A stretch of 64,000 bases of DNA from the human T2T-CHM13v2.0 reference genome, Homo sapiens: NCBI RefSeq assembly GCF_009914755.1, contig NC_060932.1; one strand, given 5' to 3'. A model generated the notes under the pieces. The model made no database searches, was not told the DNA's origin, and worked only from the letters and a program-made list of their open reading frames with translations. Position numbers and translations under genes: made by a program. Positions 51,165-64,000 of this stretch are shown here, piece after piece; the first letter of the stretch is position 1, and every line of letters begins with the position of its first letter.

Positions 51165-51585
51165 TTCTAAACCACTTTACTGAGGTATGATTGGCCTACA
51201 AAAAGCTGTACATATTCAATGTATACATCTCAATGAGTTTGGAGATAAGTATACACCTATGAAGCCATTACCACAATCAATGCCATAAACATATTCATCA
51301 CGTTCAAGTGTTGCCTTCTCCCCTCTTTATTTATGACTAGTTTTGGTGATAAGAACACTTGACATAATTTCTACCCCCTTAGCAAATGTTTAAGTATGCA
51401 GTACACAATTGTTAACTAAGCACTGTGCTGTGAAGTAGATATCTAGGACTTACTCATTTTGCATAACTGAAACTTTGTACTTTTCGACCAATACCTCTTT
51501 ATTTCTCCCTCTCCCTAGATCCTAACAACTACCATTCTACCCTCTGCTTCTACGAATATGGCTGTTTTTAATTCCTCACATAAGT
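51165..51585 (-). mobile_element. L1MA10/L1MB-type 3' end
   Basis: TTTACTGAGGTATGATTG..TACAAAAAGCTGTACATATT...ACCATTCTACCCTCTGCTTCTA. Confidence 0.8.
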
Positions 51586-52034
51586 TGTTATCAATTAGTT
51601 TAGAACTGCACTTGGACAGAGGGACATTGATTATTGGGTCCGATCAAAACCCAGTAAGATTACCTGCCTTGTGGAGTAATTTTGAGGGAAAAGAGATAAA
51701 TCATACAGAGGTGTTTAGTACAAGTCATGATACATATTAATTTAGTTGTTATAATTTGCAACATTTCTCAAAACAACTCCAAACATTCTCAAGATCTTAC
51801 TGAAGTGCAAAGAAAACCAGATGTTTATATCTTAGAGTTAGAAGTATGTATGATTTCAGTAAGAAAATAAGGCAATGATAACATTTTAGTGCTTGAATGA
51901 ACAAGAATGTTCTAAAAAATAACATTTTTTAATCATTTTGATTCCCTCATCTATTAAGAATTGAAACATTTTAGGTTATTATCACATATTAAGAGATGAG
52001 CCTAAGCATTTAGATACTAAATGGGCGCAAATAA

Positions 52035-52335
<301 letters not shown>

Positions 52336-53139
52336 TAATGACTGTAGGCCATGATTCAAGAATGAGTCTCATATACATTATGCTCATTCTTAATGTCTTC
52401 TAAATTAATAAATATATTAGAATATATTCACAAAATCTTTCCAATCTGATCTGAGACTCTCACAATATGTCTAATATTATGTGAAACACTATGCTCTTTG
52501 AAGCGATTTCACATTAATAAACTAACATTTTCATCACACAGATTATTTAAGTAATGTAAAATATTATTATGAGTATATAACAGAAAAACAGAGAGTTAGG
52601 GAAGAAATCCACCTAAAATGATGAGGGGTTAATAGATTTTGACTCTACACTATTACCAGGTCTCTAATGAAGTGTCCCAAAATTTGTGTCTTTTTAGAAT
52701 ACATAACAAATTATATTATTTGTACAAGACACTGAAGTAAAATGACCAAGGTGTTCCTAAGCCACAAGCTACAAGCACTGACCTGCTACTCCAGCCTTGC
52801 CCTCTCAAAGAGCAAAGATGTTAATACCTGGTCTCAGTAATAAAGTTGGGTAAAATTTAAACAACCATGAGAAAGCTTTGATAGTATTTTTCATGTTTCA
52901 ATTTTCTGGTGATGTCAAGATATTATTAATTATTCATTGACATGTATAAATAAACTTCAGTCACCTTAAGAATACTTTACATTATTTTCTGTAAAAATTT
53001 TCTGTAAAATTATGCCTAATTAATAAACTGATAATATTAAAATACACGTTCCACCAAGTGTTCACTTTTTTTAACACAAGTGTTAGAATGCATTTCAGAT
53101 CACGACTATTACTCATTATCATTTTAATTGATGTTTAAT

Positions 53140-53365
53140 TAAATTTTAAAAATGTTTTATTTTTTAGTTGAAAAATACAATTGTATGTATTTATGGTATG
53201 CAACATAGTTTTAAAATATGTATTGTTGTGGAATGGCTAATTAGAGCTGATTAACATATGCATTACCCAATACACTTATCATTTCTTTTGTGGTGAGAAC
53301 ACAAAATATATTCTCTTAGTGATTTTTGAGTATTCAATCTATTGTTATTAAATATAGTCACCATT
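53140..53365 (-). mobile_element. L1MA-type 3' end fragment
   Basis: AATTGTATGTATTTATGGT..CAACAT..TTT...GTGGAATGGCTAA..AGCT.ATTAACATATGCATTACC...ATAGTCACCAT. Confidence 0.8.
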
Positions 53366-55249
53366 AACAAGAACTTGTATTTTGTGATTTATTTCATAAT
53401 CCAGTTTAGTAATATTGCTTATTAAACTATTCCTGATTTTTCACGGAACACATAGCACTAGAAACATGGAACAGAACTAGAGTAATTAAGTGTCTCATTG
53501 TATGCGGCATGATAGATATTTAAAACTAGAAAAAACATAGATAATACTTCCTTATGTCAGATGCATTATTGCCCTGAGACAAACGTTTAGAAATGGTTCT
53601 ACATTACAATGCATAAATTATATATGTGACTCTCTAAACTTCAATAGACAACATAATACAAAAATGATATTCCAGAACAAATGGTTTGGAAGATGGCAGA
53701 TTATAAGTTGTATATTAGCTATAAAACTATGGAATGCTAATTGATGGTAGAGGTGCTAACTCTAATGAAACATTTGTCAAAGTAAATAAATATTCTCTGC
53801 CAACATTTAAGCAGGTAATATTTTTATTTTATTACATATACAGAAAGAAAATAATTACATGAATTTTTACTGTTATTTTAGTAAATTATTGCTAAATAAA
53901 TAAGAGCATGTATGTTTTATCCTTTATAAACCTATTTAAATCCATCACGCTTTAAAACAGTAATTTAAAGATCATTACAGTGACCATTAATCCAGTTATA
54001 TATTCAAAGAGACTGAGATTTTATTTTTAAGGAATTGTATGTGACAATTGCAACCTAGAAGCAACTATTTCTTTAAGCATATTTTATATGCTTAGGTATT
54101 TATAAATTAAATTATTAATTTTAAGAATACACTGATATAAATGTGTTTATTATATCCCTGTCCATGCTTGTCTTTAAAGCAGAAGTCTTGCTCAAAGCCA
54201 CATCTAATTAGAAAATAAAAGATTTGATTAATTCAGTTTGCGATGTGTTAAACGAGTAAAAAAGAGCAATGTACCCAGAATTTCTAAGACATAATGGCCT
54301 GTGTGAGATTTGTCTTAATAGATAAATCAAGATAATTTTGAATTCTAAGGAATATTCAAAGGCAGGCTAATTGTTCACCTGTATTAAAAAAGATTCTTTT
54401 TAGAGAAGATGGAAGTAAATCTACAGTAGAATATGGAAAAGAGTTAATGTCCTCTTTGCCTAGCAATTCAGATTTGATCTGCAATCTTTAGTTAATAACG
54501 TCAATATATTTTTCATTATGTTTCGCATGTCACATGCATATTTTTCTAAATATATCCAACAAAAGCTACGAGATCCTAATGTTTAGTAAATACTCTCATT
54601 CACATTACTAAAGCAAAATTGTATCATTCTCTTCTGCACAATAACAGCATTCCATCTTATTGTGAATCATGTTATGAAGAGCTTAGAAAAGAGTTTATGA
54701 ATCTCTGAAGAAAGATTAAGGTACATATTATCCACATTCTTATATTTTATTATACAAGATATGTAATTCTAAAAAAGCCCTTAATCCTTTAAATCAAAAT
54801 ATTTCAAAACAAACAAGATTTCAAGTGTTAGAGGAATCGTAAATATAAACCCAATCTGTATGCTTAGAGAATGCAGAAATTTCCCCAAGCTGTCATATTT
54901 TACAGAAATATTACTTTCACCAAATAAAACAGAAGAAACAGTTGTCTACTGACAGTTGCATTCACGTGGCTCTAGTCAGCAGGAATGTTATATGTCCCAG
55001 ATGCCCATGTAAATCATCAAAACATGTTTTCATTGAGAAGAGAGTGATTAGGGAACTATTTTTGTAAAATAAGTCATGTCCTTATGGGAAGACATCATGA
55101 ATTAGAAATTTTGTAGTCTAGCTTATGTTTCTTTTTCTTTTACCTTCACTTCAAGTCAGAGATGAATTTGGTTTATTCCAGAATAATAAACATAAGTTCT
55201 GAAAAGACACCTCCCTAACATGCTCTACTATTTTAGATAAAATTTTATT

Positions 55250-55700
55250 ACAGGAAGTCAATGTTCCTATGCACAGAACTGCAATTAAAGGCTTAAGCAG
55301 GGTGTTTTCATTTTGTTTTTGCTTTTGCTTTCTTCCAAATCTCTCCTAGCAGTTCTGTGTTGGCTTCATTCTCGGGCTGTTGGTAAGTTGGCTTTAGCAA
55401 AACAAGGGTGTAGCACACCTGGAGGAAGAAGTAAGACTATGTCTTGGGGAATTTGAGAGGATCAAGGGAGCTCCCCATCAAATTTCCTCTAATGTTTTAT
55501 GGGCCAGTAAGGGATGTGTCCATTTCTGAAATGATCCTTGACAAGATCAATGAGATTACTGTTAGGCCTGATATGAATGTGACTGAGTTTTCAGCTTCCC
55601 CTTTAATATAAGACTGTAAGGAGGAGGCTTGGAGACATGAACAGTTTAAGTTCTGTAAGTAGCAAAGAAGGAAAAGATGCTGAGTAGGCAACTAATAGCT
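55250..55700 (-). mobile_element. Old MaLR LTR (MLT1J/K/L-like), degenerate
   Basis: GGCTTAAGCA..., TGTGTTGGCTTCATTCTCGGGCT, TGTGTCCATTTCTGAA and a terminal AGGCAACTAATAG are typical of old MLT1. Confidence 0.45.
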
Positions 55701-55942
55701 TCTATCATTCAGTAAAAAACTAAAACTAAAAACATTTATATATAATAATTTCTATAAAACAAAAAATATTTCTAAATATATGTTACAATATTATTCATTA
55801 AAGCCAATGTTAATTACTTACCACCAATGATTTAGGATCTAAATACCTTTGATGAAATCTTCAATAGGCCAAGAAGATAAGCCATGCTCTACTCACAGAG
55901 GTTATCCTTGTGGTACTCTTATCTTCCTTCTGAGTATGAATA

Positions 55943-56032
55943 AAACAAAATTAATAGTTATTTTTCCAAAATATCATTCAAACAACTAAACAAAATTAAT
56001 GTTTATTTTGCTAAAATATCATTCAAATAACT
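55943..56032. repeat. 45-bp tandem duplication
   Basis: AAACAAAATTAAT..TTATTTT.C.AAAATATCATTCAAA.AACT x2. Confidence 0.88.
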
Positions 56033-56328
56033 ACAGTAATCAAGAAACTGTGATTAAGAATTCTTGAAAGTATGTATATGATGTGAGGAATAGAAACGAG
56101 GTTAAGTATTTACTTTTGTTGAACTTACAGACTAACATTAGTAACAGCAGTCCCTTGTCACCCATAGGGTGATTTTGAAACTAAGCAGGGAAATTCAGAT
56201 TTGCTCTAAGAGGTAATTTGAATAGTTGAATAAACTTTAATTGAATACTGAAAATTGAGAAAGAAGTCTAAAAGCAAGGATCAAGTAAACAAACAATACA
56301 AGGACATGGAAAAATTCTGTGAGTGATT

Positions 56329-56819
56329 ACATTTTGTGCTGCACTAAAAATTGTAATTAAAAATTATAGTGTAGTATACCGAAGCTTTAAGAGGTAGACC
56401 TTTTATTTTTTCCTAGTCACTCATTAGCTGTGATTTTTTTTAGCAAGTAATATTTCCATCCTCATTGTCCGACTGTCTTCTCTGCTTTGCAATTGTTTGT
56501 TTTATTCTCAAGCATGCTTTCAATCAGTATCAATATCTCTTGCAAGCAGTATCAATAAAACTGTCTCTAGTGGTTTTAGGGTATGCAACCCTTACTCATA
56601 TTATTATGAGTATATAACAGAAAAACAGAGACTTAGGGAAGAAACAGACATTTTGTGCTGCACTAAAAATTGTAATTAAAAATTATAGTGTAGTATACCG
56701 AAGCTTTAAGGGGTAGACCTTTTATTTTTTCCTAGTCACTAATTAGCTGTGATTTTTTCTAGCAAGTAATATTTCCATCCTCATTGTCCGACTGTCTTCT
56801 CTGCTTTACAATTGTTTGT
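56329..56819. repeat. 172-bp direct duplication (56329-56500 and 56648-56819) with a 147-bp spacer
   Basis: 4 mismatches by eye. The spacer contains a 46/47 copy of 52561-52607. Confidence 0.95.
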
Positions 56820-59800
56820 AATTGTGTTTGCTCCTTAGAAGGAAAAAAAAGATTAAGTTTCTGTCCTCCAGTATTTATACAATCTCTAAAAAGGATTTTG
56901 ATGGCTAAACTTATATACCCATACTTTTAGCAAGGAAGGTGAGACAAGTTGACATGTGATAGAAAAGGCTGTTTACAAAAGGGATTCTAAGCTAATGAAA
57001 GTAGATCTCTACTACATGATTTTTAGAAAAAAAAAAACAAACGAAAAAGTTTGTTGATAGCAGATATAAATAGTGGAAGAGCTAGGACTGCCCTGAATAT
57101 TTAGGTTTATATTGTCATAGGGCTGGGAACAACGGAAGTTTCAGTTGACAGAAACTGGAAGATACGTTATTCTTCTTTCACAATCCTAAAGCACTTAACA
57201 GAGTAGCTGGCAGATGGCCAAAAATAAGACTTGAGTGAATGAGTGAGTGTATGGATGAGTAAATAGTAAACTTGAAAGGACTGTTAGAATACATGCTGTG
57301 TGTTAAGTCTCATATTGGCAAATTTTGAAAATACAAGGCATAAAATATCCTGGACTTTTTCTCTAAGGATTTGAACCCTATTGGAGAAAATACTATATGT
57401 GTGTATATAGTTATGATAAAAATTTTATAGGTAATTATTATAACTAAAATAAAATATTACAGGAAATTACTCTAGGAGTAGAGGGAAAGGCAATATGCTT
57501 AATTTCAGGTGGTCTGGAAGAGTTGAACAAAAGTCAGGGATAGCTTTTTAAATGAAACCACATATACTGTGAACTTTGATGATGGTTATAGCATTTGTTA
57601 GATGTTAGTAAAGAGACGGTATTAAAGAATAAAATATATTTTACATATGACTCAATATGGTTTAAAGTAATTAACATATAATGATATTCTTTTATGTAAC
57701 ATTGAGTCCCTACAATGTTAGCCACACAGTTCTCAGAGCTGGTGTTACAGGGATGAATTAAGCATTTTGTTTTCATTTGACTTACATTTTAGTGAAGAGG
57801 ACCAAACAAATAGAGAAAGGAGAAAAAGGAGAAAAAATACACATCAAGAAATATACAAACATGACTATTCAATAGCCATTATTCTACACCAGTACAACAG
57901 TAAGATTAAAACTAATATTTTCCTTGCAGTATGGGTAATCAGTGCCATAAGCAATATCATATAAGTAACACGAACAATATTATAGCACTTTGTGACAGAC
58001 TTAACATAACTGTGGTAATATAAGTCATAGAGCAAATCTAACTGGCCAAAGAAATTTAATTTGACAATTCATCATTCCTCTGTAAATTAGGACATTAAAA
58101 ATCATGTCAGGAGAATTGACAGAAATAGTTCTTAATTTATGGATGTTTGCTTCATACAATTTAATTATACATGTTATTGTCAATAAATACCATTTGAGAT
58201 TTCAAATAAATGATGTTATTAAACTAAATACACTAAGTGAGGCTCTGTAGTGGGCTGATAATATGACAGTTATTTAAATAGCTGTACACATTTATGAAAA
58301 TTATATGTTATTATTGAAAGCTATATCTGTAGTTACATTTATTGTATTAATATAACAATATATCATATTGAAGTTATTCATTTAAAACTGTATGATATGA
58401 ATATTTTAATGAGAAAGGCATGCATTAAGACATCTCATCAAATATAACAGCAGAGAGAAATATTTTTTCATCTTTTCAAAGAAAAATTGCAATATTGCAA
58501 TGTCACAATTTAATCATCCTCTTTATTGAAAGTGGTTTATTGGCATTTAAGAGGTTATAGTAAAGTGATTTTACACAGTGTTTTAAATATTGGCTTAAAT
58601 ATAGGTATGTTCTCTTTATATCAGTGTTATGCATTTAATATGAGTTATTATAATAATACAGAACACTTCAGTGATAGATGGAATACCTTAATTTGCCAGC
58701 TAATTATTTAAAATTTCAAAATAAATACTTTAAAAATAAATCTCAGAATAGTTATAATTTTCATAGTTTCTTCTTCGACATTGTTATTGTTAAGTCTGGT
58801 AAATATATGCAAGGCAAGATTTATAAGAAACCAGCTGGGCTCCTTGGGCAATGCTCCACAGTGGCTTCAAGGAAACTTCTGGTTTAATTGGCAGTCTGTT
58901 TTTTACAAGACCACTGTGGCTAATTGATGTCCCTGGAGTTGTAATAAAGGAGAGAAATGAGAGAGAAACGGTCCTCTTCCCCACTTTAATTCCGTAAATC
59001 CAGAAAATTACTGAAACAAACAAATAACAATACATATAATCTCCAAACCTCATTGCCCTTTATTCCCACTCAATTTGACATTCAGTATGTAATGTGGATT
59101 CTGCTCACAGGGCTTTATGCCCAGTGAAAACTGATTCTGAACAAATATTTTCCTCTTTTAGAAATATGACACTGACATCCTGCTGTAATGGCCTGGAATA
59201 ATTAATATTCTATTCTGAAAGAGAGACATTGTTATATTATGGAAAGAAATGTGTACTTACTCATTGTCAAGGTTACAGTTGTTATTATTTTATTAGGAAA
59301 ATGGCTTTTGTCTAAATTCCCATATACATTTAAATTACCCACTATATATCTACCATTTGACTCAGAAGATTAACTTGATCTTTCAAGGCAGCCCTCTTAC
59401 CTCATTCCATCTTCATCTAAAGAGTTACTGAAATATCCTCTATAGAAAACATCTATTGATTTATTTTTTAGTTAACATTTTAGCATTACTTCTGGAATAT
59501 ACTGCCTTTATTGTAATGGGGTGATTTTTTCCTGCTCTATGGGAAAAACAATTAGGCCAAATGTAATATGACTAATTGTATATATGGGAATGTATGGACT
59601 GATTTTCCTTGCCACTTCAAATCAATTTCCCATACTTCATCCTGTCAAGAGTTTGGAATAGCTAACCCACCTCAGTAGGCAGTTTGCCCATTATTTTCTC
59701 ACTGGGTTAGACTAGTGATGAACACTAGCATGATATCAAGTGATGGAAGACTGATATTCAGCTATCATTCCCTTCACTTCTTCTCCACAGTGTTCTTGAT

Positions 59801-60747
59801 GGCACTTTGTTACACCACCCAAAGCCAGAGCTTCTACCACTTGGCTCCCTTTTCTTTCTGGCTTAGTGGGGATGTCTTCTTTTACCCCTTGAGACATAAG
59901 AGAGTCAGATGATGCATGCCAGCTCCATGGACAACATCCTTTCTCTAGTATCCCTACACCTTTGCTAAATAGAGATTCTATCAAGTTATTTACTAGTAAA
60001 TTACTATGCACTATCTCTTTTTCCAAGACCTTGAATAATTCAAAGAACACTTTTTCTTCTGTTATCACTATTCGTATTCTTCTGATTAACTCTGGTTATC
60101 TCATTAAACATCTGTTAATATATATTAGAGTATTACATGTAGCAAAATATTGTGCATATTTGCCTTCCATTTTGTTATGATGTAAATATTTTGTCAGCAC
60201 AGATCTTACCTAATTCATTCTACCGTCTTTGAAATAACTAGCAGAGGGATTTGCATGGCAGGAACTTAAGTAATATTTCCTAAGGGGTGAATTATTAATG
60301 GGTAAATTAATTATGGGTGAATTTATTTATCTCCTCTTTTCATGCAGGGAAAACAAAATTCTCATAAATAAATATGTTTATCTCCATATTAAGTTTTATG
60401 AGGTGAATAAGCAATTTACTGTTAAAGGAAATAATTTCTTGTTTTCTAATTTGAGCAGTATGGCATTACAAGGTTTGTAAGTGAAAGCTATAGAGTAGAA
60501 AGAATGTGGCTTTTGTATTCCTTTTATAAATTTTTATTTAAAAGTAAATTGATTCTTAAAATAGTATGTATGAAATGCAATGCAAATACTTATGAAGGAA
60601 TATGCATATTATGTACAGATTATTTAAACATACACATGAATTTATATCTGCATATGTGTTTCTTTATATCTATATGAAGATTTTTGCATAATGCTTGGTA
60701 AATGGTTAAAAGTTCAAAAAGCTAGATGTAAAGTGAGCTTTAAGTTG

Positions 60748-61705
60748 AATCCATTTTGAGTTAATATTTTTGTGAGACAAGGGTCTAATCTCATTCTTTT
60801 GCTCATTGATACTCAAATTTTTCAACACCACTTGTTAAAGAAACTCTCCTTTCCTTACCATGTATTCTTGGAATCCTTGTAGAACATAAATTGATTTTAT
60901 ATGTGAGAGTTTATTTCTTGGGTCTGTATTTTGTTCTATTGGTATGTATTTCTACATTTATGCCAGTACCATACTGTTTTAATTACTGTAGCTCTGTAAT
61001 ATATTTGAAATTAGGAAGTATGATGTCTTCAGCTTTGATTTTCTTTCTCAAGATTGCATTGACTATTTGGATTCTTCTGTGGTTCCATCTGAATTTAATT
61101 TTTTTCTATTCTCCTTAAAAATTCTATTGGGATTTGGATAGAGGTTGTATTGAATCTATAGATTGCTTTGGACAGTTTGTATGAAGATGTCAAAAAGATA
61201 TTTGCACTTGCATGTTTCTGCAACATTATTTACAATAGCCAAGAGATGGACACAACCTAAATCTCCATATATAAATGAAAGGATATAGAAAATGCAGTAT
61301 ATACAAATGATGCTACATTCACCTTAATCAAGGGAGAAATCCTGCCATATTTGATAGCATGGATGAACCTGAAAAACATTATGCCAAGTGAAATAAGGGC
61401 CATCACAGGGTAAATACTGCACAATTCCACTTATATAAGGTGTCTAAAATAGTTAAACTCATAAAAACATAGAGTATAACATAGTTTCCACGACTGGGTG
61501 ATAAAGGGAAATGGGGAGTGACTGTGAAACAAATTAAAGTTTTAATTATGCAAGATAAAAAAGTTCTTGAGATGTGCTGGGAAGCATTGTGCCTATAGTT
61601 AACAATACTGCATTTCGCTCTTAGAAATTTGTTAAGAACATACATCTCTTGTGCTCTTACCACAATAAAAATATTAATTTAAATTCAAAAAAATAAAAAC
61701 AAAAA
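60748..61705. mobile_element. L1MA-type element with a probable 5' inversion (minus segment ~60748-61175, plus 3' end ~61180-61705)
   Basis: Antisense ORF2-region sequence (CCATTTTGAGTT...GAATCTATAGATTGCTTTGG) abuts the sense 3' end (AAAGATATTTGCACT...A-rich tail). Confidence 0.75.
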
Positions 61706-62060
61706 CCTTTGAAAAATGATTTTATATTGCATATGGTACATTCAGATATATACTATAAGTAAATAAATAAGTGTAACACTAGAATGGTGACTTTCCATTT
61801 TCTTACCCCAAAATGTTATTCTTTCATATTATGTATCAAAAGCAATGTATCATTACTGTGACACTGATTCTTAGGGAGAATGTACGTGTGTTGTGTTTGT
61901 GTGCCAGGGTTGGTTTCTGGGAGGCTGTGGTTGGAAAGAAGACTCATTTTTTTTCCAGATTTGACGTCTTGAAGCAGATTTTCTATTTTCTTGCTTAAGC
62001 CTAATTTCTAATTGTAAATTTTGTGCATGCAGATTAAATGAGTGACTTACTACCTTGAAT

Positions 62061-62272
62061 CCATGGTTCTTGAAATGGGTTGATTCCTCCCCAGGAGTCC
62101 TTTGGTCATATCTGGAGGCATTTTTTATTGTCATATTGAGTGAGGAAAGCTACTGTCATCTCGTAGGTAGAGGCCAGGGATACTGCTAAACACCCTACAA
62201 GGCACAAGGCAGCTCCACAGGAAAGGATAATTTACCCCAAAATGTCAATAGTGCCAAAGTTTGAAAACTCTG
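62061..62272 (+). mobile_element. MER20 (hAT-Charlie) DNA transposon
   Basis: C.TGGTTCT...GGTAGAGGCCAGGGATACTGCTAAACA.CCTACAA.GCACA...CAAAATGTCAATAGTGCCAA.GTTTGAAAA.CTG. Confidence 0.88.
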
Positions 62273-63329
62273 AATTAAATCTTGTGCCTAACTGCCATAA
62301 CAGTTTAACATGATTGAAGTTTGATACATATTTATGGAATTAGATTAAAAGTTACTATTACTGTTATGGTCAATCTTTAAAGTGGGAACTGGCAATATCA
62401 AAAAATAATACTTTTTTTACTCAAAAAAAAGATTTTTTTCTGATATAAATCTATAAACAGCAACTATTCTATAGTTATATTGTTTTTGTAGCTACTGCCC
62501 CGCCAACCTCCTTCATTCTGAGTGTACTTTTTCAGAATATAAATTCACACATGTCCACACAAACACACACACCTACTGGACAATTTTTTCTTTTAAGTCT
62601 ATGGTTTTATCACAATCATCAAAATGTTGGAATTCTTTCAGTATAGTTCTATTGATTGCAAATTGTAGTAATTTACTAAATGACAATGGTATCTTCTTAA
62701 GTGTTTTCAATCATTTTATCAACTTTGTTAATTTGTAATTTAGCTAATGTATCCAATTAAATAATAAAATTAAATCATCCATCATGTAACAATTCTTAAT
62801 CTTGCTTGCTCAAGTATGACATCAGAGAATCAAATAAATTAATAATAAAATGGCATCGTATAGTGGAATGTTTATTATCTCTCCCAGGCTTTCGTATAAA
62901 ATGTCTTTATTTAAAAAAATAACTTTACTTACTGTGACCGCTAAATTTAATTAAAATTTACAAATAAACCAAACCCTTGTCTTAACTCCCCTTTGCTATC
63001 ACAACCAATGAAACTTAGAATTACTAAATGAGTCCAACTTGTTTTATAATTCCTTTTGTTGAAAAGATATAAAATCTTTCACATACCATATCGATGGTGA
63101 TATCAGAAAATGACTTTTTAGAGATATTATTTATATTTGCAGCTTATAATAGAATAAAAATTAAATATTTTACTGAATTTAAACAACTATACATTTTTAA
63201 AAGTTGAAGTTGGCTAGAAGTCAGGCAAATTAGGGAAAACTGTACAATTTGTATGGAATATATAAGGAGGTGGGGTTTTGACTAGTTTATTAATTGGGCT
63301 AATCGTAGATGTTGTGTCAAGTAAGACTG

Positions 63330-63850
63330 TCCGAGGCCTAACTGCCTGAGAGACAAGATGTTGGGAAAGAAGCATGCTTACTTTAAAGAACATGAGACAG
63401 TAGGGGAATGGAGAAGTTTTAAGCACATAATGGTATCTGTCACTCAGATTGACCTATGGTACACGCTTGAAGCAGACTATACAAGACGGATTTGAGATGC
63501 ATAATTCTTCACTGAAATCTCTGTAACACAACGTAACCTGAAGGCAGAATGGCTTTGTGGTTACAAAGAATTAGTTTGAATAGTGATTATCTCATTGGAA
63601 TTACTTTGAGGCATATTAGAGCATTGAAAGGATGGCATGACTTAAGTACAAAAGTGTAGTAAACACCATTTAGGTTAAGGAAGGAGTGGTCCAGTTTACC
63701 AGCATAAAAACCCATACCTAGATAGGAGAAGTGGAAGTGTCTGCACTATCTTTGCAATTTATCTTAGGGACATCAATGTTCGCTGGAATAGAGTACAGAT
63801 TTATGAGTTCAGAGAACACCCAATCAAAAATATTTGAGTAATGTTGACTA
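63330..63850 (-). mobile_element. Degenerate L2 fragment
   Basis: TACTTTAAAG...GGGGAATGGAGAAGTTTTAAGCA... and GCTGGAATAGAG.ACAGATTT.TGAGT resemble antisense L2. Confidence 0.45.
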
Positions 63851-64000
63851 TTAACAATTTGCATTTATTTTGTTTTCTTAATAACAATAAAAAAGTTTGT
63901 TTTTTATAGGGGTCTATTATCTGATTCTGCAATTATACATTTTGAGGATCTTTGAACAAAGATGAAATTTAAATTATATACACATATAAGTGTATATGTG

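Noticed and set aside
55943-56819. Repeat-spacer-repeat pattern as a CRISPR-like array
   Set aside because: Only two copies, wrong unit sizes, primate DNA and no cas genes; these are local duplications.
59715-60180. Overlapping 65-110 aa ORFs in apparently unique DNA
   Set aside because: Non-ATG starts, no recognisable domain or splice structure; consistent with chance.

Overview
This is AT-rich primate, most likely human, non-coding genomic DNA; the AluYa5 with all five diagnostic positions points to human. It reads as intergenic or deep-intronic. I see no supportable intact protein-coding gene, RNA gene, CRISPR array or CpG island. The window is dominated by interspersed repeats: a two-LTR MER57 provirus (tRNA-Leu PBS, PPT, 4-bp TSD, decayed integrase and env-TM remnants, split by an L1PA8-like element), a near full-length L1PA15/16-type LINE, an ancient L1M with a stack of nested insertions, solo LTRs (MER50-like, MER31 interrupted by MER11, MER67-like, MaLRs), several Alus, MER44 and MER20 DNA transposons, and L2/MIR relics. 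The features not explained by repeat annotation are several templated-insertion scars: a perfect 33-bp hairpin in the L1, a composite insert at the L1 5' end, and a 172-bp duplication carrying a 47-bp copy of DNA from 4 kb away. There is also a MEF2/E-box/TEAD/AP-1 motif cluster and two candidate non-coding exons. I found no evidence of a new biological system. Subfamily names come from recalled consensus sequences and were not checked by alignment.
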